Assembly: GCA_965261395.1 (NCBI GenBank)
Contig: OZ253462.1
Span: forward strand, 2,656,001 to 2,720,000
Origin: Candidatus Latescibacterota bacterium
GTDB lineage: Bacteria; Latescibacterota; UBA2968; UBA8231
DNA: 64,000 nucleotides
Direction: 5' to 3'
Under the pieces are notes generated by a model that searched no databases, was not told where the DNA came from, and was given only the letters and a program-made list of their open reading frames with translations. The number at the start of each line of letters is the position of its first letter. Position 1 is the first letter of the stretch. Positions 59,616 through 64,000 of this stretch are shown here, in pieces. The position numbers were made by a program, and so were the translations under genes.

Positions 59616-61292
59616 CTAAACGGCATTGCTCCTTATCGCCTCGAGTAGGTCTTGCACCTGGCGGCGCTCTTTCCCCACCACTTCCAGCGTCTCCACCAAC
59701 CATTGGGTCCACTGTCGCCAAAATGGACTCCCCTGTGGTCCCGCCAACTGGTGGCGCTGGCCCGGGTCCAAGGCGAGTCCTTGGCGCAGGTGCCCATCCG
59801 TCCGTTCCAGTCGTTCCGACTGGTGCGCGATGCGGGCCAAGTGGAGGTGCATTTCCGCGGCGAACTCGCCATCTGGGGCCTTTTCGAGGGCGCGGTCGAA
59901 AGCCCGCTCCGCCTCGTCCCAGCGGCCGGCCTGCACATAGCCCATACCAACCGCGGCGTAAACGCGCGGGGGATAGGGATACGCCCGGTGGCCCTCGTAT
60001 AGTTCGAGTCCTTGGTCGAGCCGGCCAGCGCCGCTGTAGAAGTAGATGAGATTGCCGGCTTCGTTGACCTTTTGGCTGAGCCGCCACGCTGCTTCCAGGT
60101 GCTGGACGGCCGCCTCGATATCGTCCGCCCGGTACGCCAGATGGGTGGCCAGTTGGCGATGGGCCGAATAAGCCCAAAAGGTGGTCTGGTCGCGGTGCAG
60201 GACACTCTGATACACCGGCATGGCTTCGCCGTGGCGATTTAGCCGCGACAGGCACAGGCCGTAATCGTACCGCACGGCCTGGTTTTCAGGCATCTGTTGC
60301 AAAGCGGCTTCCAGCAGGGCCAGCGCCTGGGCGAAATCCCGGGCTCCCCGCAGCAACCGCGCTTTGCAGTACAGGGCCTCCCCATCGGCTCGATCGGTCG
60401 CCAAGCGACGGTCGGCCAAGTCGAGCAGTTTCCGCCTTAGCTCTTCACCCTGTGCCTCAAAACCGGGTTGGCGGTAGGCCAGTTCCAGTTCGGCGAGTAC
60501 TTCGAGGGACTTGGGCGCGGCTTGGGCGGCCCGTTCCAAAGCACCCACTTGGTCCGAGCCGGGCCAGCCAAAGGGGTCGTACGTGCGGCCCCATTCGAGT
60601 AGGGCGGTTAGATGTTCGGGCTCCAAGTCCAATATCTCGTTGAAATGGGCTTGGGCCGTTTCGTAGCGCATGTGGAGTCGGTCGTCCCGACCGCTTTTGA
60701 GCAGGTGGGCGACTACATGCGCGGCAAAGTCGTCGGGTAGGGCGCTGCGTTGTTGCTTGGCCATGACTAGGGCCTCCCTTCGCAAGTGCCGACGGGCTCG
60801 ATACAGCCGCTGCTTGACGCTGGCCGGGGTCGCGCCCAGATCACGTGCCACGGCCTCTAGTGGCAGCCCATCGACATAGTGGAGCAGAAAGGCGGTGGCA
60901 CTGGCTAGGGGCAATTGGTCCAGCAGGCTGGCAACGGGGCCGGGCACACCGCTCCCCAGTGTGCGGTCGTCCTCTACGGCGTCTCCGTAGCGAGCATGCG
61001 CCTCGACTCGACGCCGGTGGGCGCGCAGCATATTGAGACTGCGACGCCGCACCGCCGTGCGCAACCAATGGCCAACTTTGACCGGCTCGCGCAGTTGATC
61101 GAAGCGCTTTAAGGCCCCAATCAGGGCCTCCTGCACCGCGTCGAGGGCCTCGTCGTGCGAGCCCAAGTACCCCAGCGCATCCCGGTACAATAGGTGCTGA
61201 TAGCGCCGGACGAGCGCCTCAAAGGCGGCCAAGTCCCCTGCGGCTGCGGCTTGGGCCAGCGAGCCATCGCCGATTTCTGCGGTATCTTTCAT
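59616..61292 (-). CDS. ECF sigma factor with long C-terminal TPR extension
   Basis: GDLAAFEALVRRY, DAVQEA, WLR and VKQRLYRAR in the first ~175 aa; TPR-like helices after. Confidence 0.82.
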   Translation of the reverse strand: MKDTAEIGDGSLAQAAAAGDLAAFEALVRRYQHLLYRDALGYLGSHDEALDAVQEALIGALKRFDQLREPVKVGHWLRTAVRRRSLNMLRAHRRRVEAHARYGDAVEDDRTLGSGVPGPVASLLDQLPLASATAFLLHYVDGLPLEAVARDLGATPASVKQRLYRARRHLRREALVMAKQQRSALPDDFAAHVVAHLLKSGRDDRLHMRYETAQAHFNEILDLEPEHLTALLEWGRTYDPFGWPGSDQVGALERAAQAAPKSLEVLAELELAYRQPGFEAQGEELRRKLLDLADRRLATDRADGEALYCKARLLRGARDFAQALALLEAALQQMPENQAVRYDYGLCLSRLNRHGEAMPVYQSVLHRDQTTFWAYSAHRQLATHLAYRADDIEAAVQHLEAAWRLSQKVNEAGNLIYFYSGAGRLDQGLELYEGHRAYPYPPRVYAAVGMGYVQAGRWDEAERAFDRALEKAPDGEFAAEMHLHLARIAHQSERLERTDGHLRQGLALDPGQRHQLAGPQGSPFWRQWTQWLVETLEVVGKERRQVQDLLEAIRSNAV

Positions 61293-61406
61293 GGTTCGCT
61301 GTAGTAGACCCCTCGACGTTGGTTATGGTAACGCTCTACCTAGCTTTTTAAACTTGGTAAACCCTAAATTAGGTCGCCTTCTGAAAGCCGGAGGTCTGCT
61401 CTGACA

Positions 61407-61435
61407 TTGCTCTTGACCTGTTTGTGGTCTATATT
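61407..61435 (+). promoter_or_regulatory. Sigma70 promoter/operator of the TA operon
   Basis: TTGCTC-17 nt-TATATT with GACC-N7-GGTC palindrome in the spacer; AAGGAGGT RBS follows. Confidence 0.55.
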
Positions 61436-61456
61436 TGGTCCGAAAAGGAGGTGCCC

Positions 61457-61732
61457 ATGAAACTGTCCAGCCAGATCAAGCCGATTAGCTACCTCAAGGC
61501 TCACGCTGCTGAGATCGTGCGCACACTTGGGGACCAACAAGAGCCCTTGATCATCACCCAGAATGGCGAAGCCAAGGTGGTCATGCAGGATATCGACAGC
61601 TACGAGCAGATGCAGGAAACGGTTGCATTGCTCAAGATCCTCGCGCTGGGTAGCCGCCAGATCGAAGCAGGTCAGGTGCAACCGGCCGTCGATGTCGTCG
61701 CACAGCTTCGGGAGCGGCGACGGGATCGCTGA
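61457..61732 (+). CDS. Phd/YefM family antitoxin
   Basis: IKPISYLKAHAAEIV...PLIITQNGEAKVV; strong RBS. Confidence 0.92.
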   Translation: MKLSSQIKPISYLKAHAAEIVRTLGDQQEPLIITQNGEAKVVMQDIDSYEQMQETVALLKILALGSRQIEAGQVQPAVDVVAQLRERRRDR

Positions 61733-61740
61733 CGGCTTTC

Positions 61741-62058
61741 TTGGTTCAGTTGACCGATGACGCGACGCGCGACTTGGAGGAAATCTGCGATTACATCGAT
61801 CGGCATGATGAACCGGGTCGAGCGGATTATGTGCTGGAGCAGATTGAAAAGGCCTTCAGCCGCCTATCCGAGTATCCCGAGCGTGGGAACTATCCGACGG
61901 AATTGCTGGACATTGGGATTCGGGAATATCGGGAGATCTTCTTCAGGCCCTACCGCATCATCTATCGGGTGATGGAAAATAACGTCTATGTGCTCTTGAT
62001 CGCCGATGAGCGGCGCGACATGCAGACGTTGCTACAGCGGCGCTTGCTGCGGGCATAA
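61741..62058 (+). CDS. RelE/ParE family toxin
   Basis: LTDDATRDLEEI, YPERG, YRE, PYRIIYRV, D.RRDM. The expected start at 61732 reads ACG. Confidence 0.88.
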   Translation: MVQLTDDATRDLEEICDYIDRHDEPGRADYVLEQIEKAFSRLSEYPERGNYPTELLDIGIREYREIFFRPYRIIYRVMENNVYVLLIADERRDMQTLLQRRLLRA

Positions 62059-62088
62059 GACCCATTCTCTCCGGCAGAATCGCTTACC

Positions 62089-62382
62089 TCAAACAGGTTG
62101 AGGCTCGTAGCGCTCGACTTCGATTTCATCCTGGCGTGCTTGCGCCTGCGCGATATCGTAGGCCGCTTGTAGTCGTATCCAAGTCTCCGTCGTAGAGCCG
62201 AAGGCTTTCGCGAGGCGGATCGCCATGTCGGCCGACATGCGGGCGCGACAATTCACCAGATTCGAGAGGGCTTGGCGACTGACGCCGAGGCTCCTCGCGC
62301 CTTCGGTGACGTTGAGGCCGAGCGGCTCCAGACAGGACACGCGCACGGCCTTGCCAGGATGCGGCGGGTTCTTCATGGGCAT
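62089..62382 (-). CDS. higA: HigA family addiction-module antitoxin (HTH)
   Basis: MKNPPHPG, GVSRQALSNLVN, MAIRLAKAFG, W.RLQ..YD. Confidence 0.9.
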   Translation of the reverse strand: MPMKNPPHPGKAVRVSCLEPLGLNVTEGARSLGVSRQALSNLVNCRARMSADMAIRLAKAFGSTTETWIRLQAAYDIAQAQARQDEIEVERYEPQPV

Positions 62383-62553
62383 GTCGGTTCTCCCTTTGTC
62401 AAGAACGAGAATCTACGATCAAAAGCCTATCTTGCGCGAGTGGGTTGGCTTGGCTTCCACTCGGCACTCAGCAATTCGGCGAGTACCTTCGAGTCTTTTA
62501 GGTGCCGAGATTTCGGCTTTTCGTCGGACTAAGGCAAAATCGCCTGGAGTTGA

Positions 62554-63912
62554 CTACTTAGGCACATTAGGCACAAGCGGCTCATAGGTCGCGCTCTCGG
62601 CGTTCCATTTTAGGGTGACCGAGCAACGAGGGCCGTTGCGCTGCTTGTCGATGATGATCTCGGCAAGGCTTTCGAGGCTCTCGCCGTCCGGCGACGTGAG
62701 CCCATACATGTCTGGGCGGTAAATGAACATCACCATGTCGGCAGCTTGCTCGACCCCCTCCGGCAAATCCGATAGCTGCGGTCTCGGATCCGTACGGCTT
62801 TCCACTGCACACGATAGCTGCACCAGCACCAGCACCGGTATGTCCAATTCCTTAGCTAGGTTCTTTAGCCTACGCAACATATGCGATATTTCCTGCTCGC
62901 GGCTCGCAGTCTTGGTCTGTCCACTCATCAATTGTAAATAGTCCACCACGACCATGCCGATACCGTGTTCCCGGTGCAGCCGCCTCGCCTTGGCCCGGGC
63001 TTCGAGCTCCGAGATGGCAGGGGTGTCGTCGATGAAGATAGGTGCTTGTGCCAAGCGGTCGATATTGCGCGTCAGGTGCATCCAGTCGTCGTCGCTTAGT
63101 TGGCCCGTGCATAGCTTGTGCAGGTCGACTTGCGTCTCGGCACTGAGCAGACGCCGGGCGAGCTGCATCCTGGACATTTTTGGGCTGAAGATCACCACCC
63201 CGACCCCGGCATCTACGGCCGCGTTGCGCGCCAAGGTTAGCGCCAGCGCCGTCTTGCCGACGCTCGGCTGTGCCGCCAGCACGATCAGGTCGCCCTTTTG
63301 AAGGCCGGAGGTCTGCGCGTTGAGATCGGCAAACCCGGTCTCGACCGCAGAGACCGTGACGCCCCTGTTGTGGATGCGCTCAATCTGTAAGAGCGTGTTG
63401 CCCATCACCGTCTCTAGGGGTTCCACCCCGTCGCCAATCTGGTTTTCGATAATAGTAAAAAGCCGCTGCTCGGCACGGTTGATTAGCTCTAGTACGTCCC
63501 CGCTGCCTTTGTAGGATTGTTCTATGATGTCGCTGGCGGTCTCGATGAGCAGGCGGCTGAGTGCCTTTTCTAAGACGATTCGCGCGTGGACGTCGATGTT
63601 GGCAGGGGTGGCGACCTTGGCGACTAGCTCGGCCAGATAGACGGCTCCACCGACGTCATTGAGTTGGTCGCGGTCCTTGAGTTCTTCGGCCAAGGTGAAC
63701 TGATCGACGGCCACGCCGCGTTCGTAGAGGCTGAGCATGACCTCGAAGATCCGGGTGTGCGAAGCGTCGTAAAAGCAGATTGGATCGAGGATTTCGACGG
63801 CATGGCCGATGGCGCGTTGTTCGAGCATCATCGCTCCTAACACAGCCTGCTCCATCTCGATGGCCTGCGGCGGCGTGCGCTCTGGGTGCTGAGTATCAAC
63901 AGTTGCGATCAT
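62554..63912 (-). CDS. dnaB: DnaB-like replicative helicase with degenerate catalytic motifs
   Basis: PPQA.E.EQAVLG N-domain, PSVGKT, IDDTP, VDYLQL and KQRNGP present; FSLEM, SQLSR and DLRESG are altered. Confidence 0.8.
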   Translation of the reverse strand: MIATVDTQHPERTPPQAIEMEQAVLGAMMLEQRAIGHAVEILDPICFYDASHTRIFEVMLSLYERGVAVDQFTLAEELKDRDQLNDVGGAVYLAELVAKVATPANIDVHARIVLEKALSRLLIETASDIIEQSYKGSGDVLELINRAEQRLFTIIENQIGDGVEPLETVMGNTLLQIERIHNRGVTVSAVETGFADLNAQTSGLQKGDLIVLAAQPSVGKTALALTLARNAAVDAGVGVVIFSPKMSRMQLARRLLSAETQVDLHKLCTGQLSDDDWMHLTRNIDRLAQAPIFIDDTPAISELEARAKARRLHREHGIGMVVVDYLQLMSGQTKTASREQEISHMLRRLKNLAKELDIPVLVLVQLSCAVESRTDPRPQLSDLPEGVEQAADMVMFIYRPDMYGLTSPDGESLESLAEIIIDKQRNGPRCSVTLKWNAESATYEPLVPNVPK

Positions 63913-64000
63913 AGGTTATTTTTTAGAGCGCCCCCCACACGCTGCCGATTGTAACCTGAAAGTTCGAGGCATCGAATTCGCCGTGCTTATCGATCCAGTG

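Noticed and set aside
59350-64000. Prophage or ICE at the right end
   Set aside because: TA genes and a DnaB paralogue are suggestive, but no integrase, structural or transfer genes are inside the window

Overview
A GC-rich bacterial chromosome segment. A FlgD/T9SS-type C-terminal domain, an alpha2-type GlyRS and an ECF-TPR fusion suggest an FCB-superphylum lineage such as Latescibacterota, but this is inference. The left third is housekeeping: prpC-prpB-purA-serA-engB-clpX-clpP-tig, tRNA-Leu(TAG), glyQS-recO-ftsB-proB-hisF-hisH-proC, a histone-H1-like/SWIB gene, carA, aroC and a PPK2. The middle holds an uncharacterised redox operon (circularly permuted flavoprotein-polyferredoxin, DUF3179, acyl-CoA ligase, secreted Trx/DsbD-alpha protein), ggt with a Pot-type ABC transporter, and a GPP34 gene. 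It also holds two heme-c/copper-monooxygenase (PHM-like) lipoproteins flanking an ECF sigma/anti-sigma/Spy cassette whose promoter motif (GGGAATG-N17-GTCTAA) occurs twice, followed by hemA-ccsA. The right end looks accessory. Two AAA_14/DUF4143 ATPase genes share an unrecognised 31-bp palindrome (core TTTGAA-N7-TTCAAA, three copies). Nearby are an ECF-TPR fusion, a Phd-ParE pair whose toxin has ACG at the expected start, an orphan HigA, and a full-length DnaB with degenerate catalytic motifs. No CRISPR array, rRNA, integrase or transposase was seen. All calls come from reading motifs by eye; no database searches were run.
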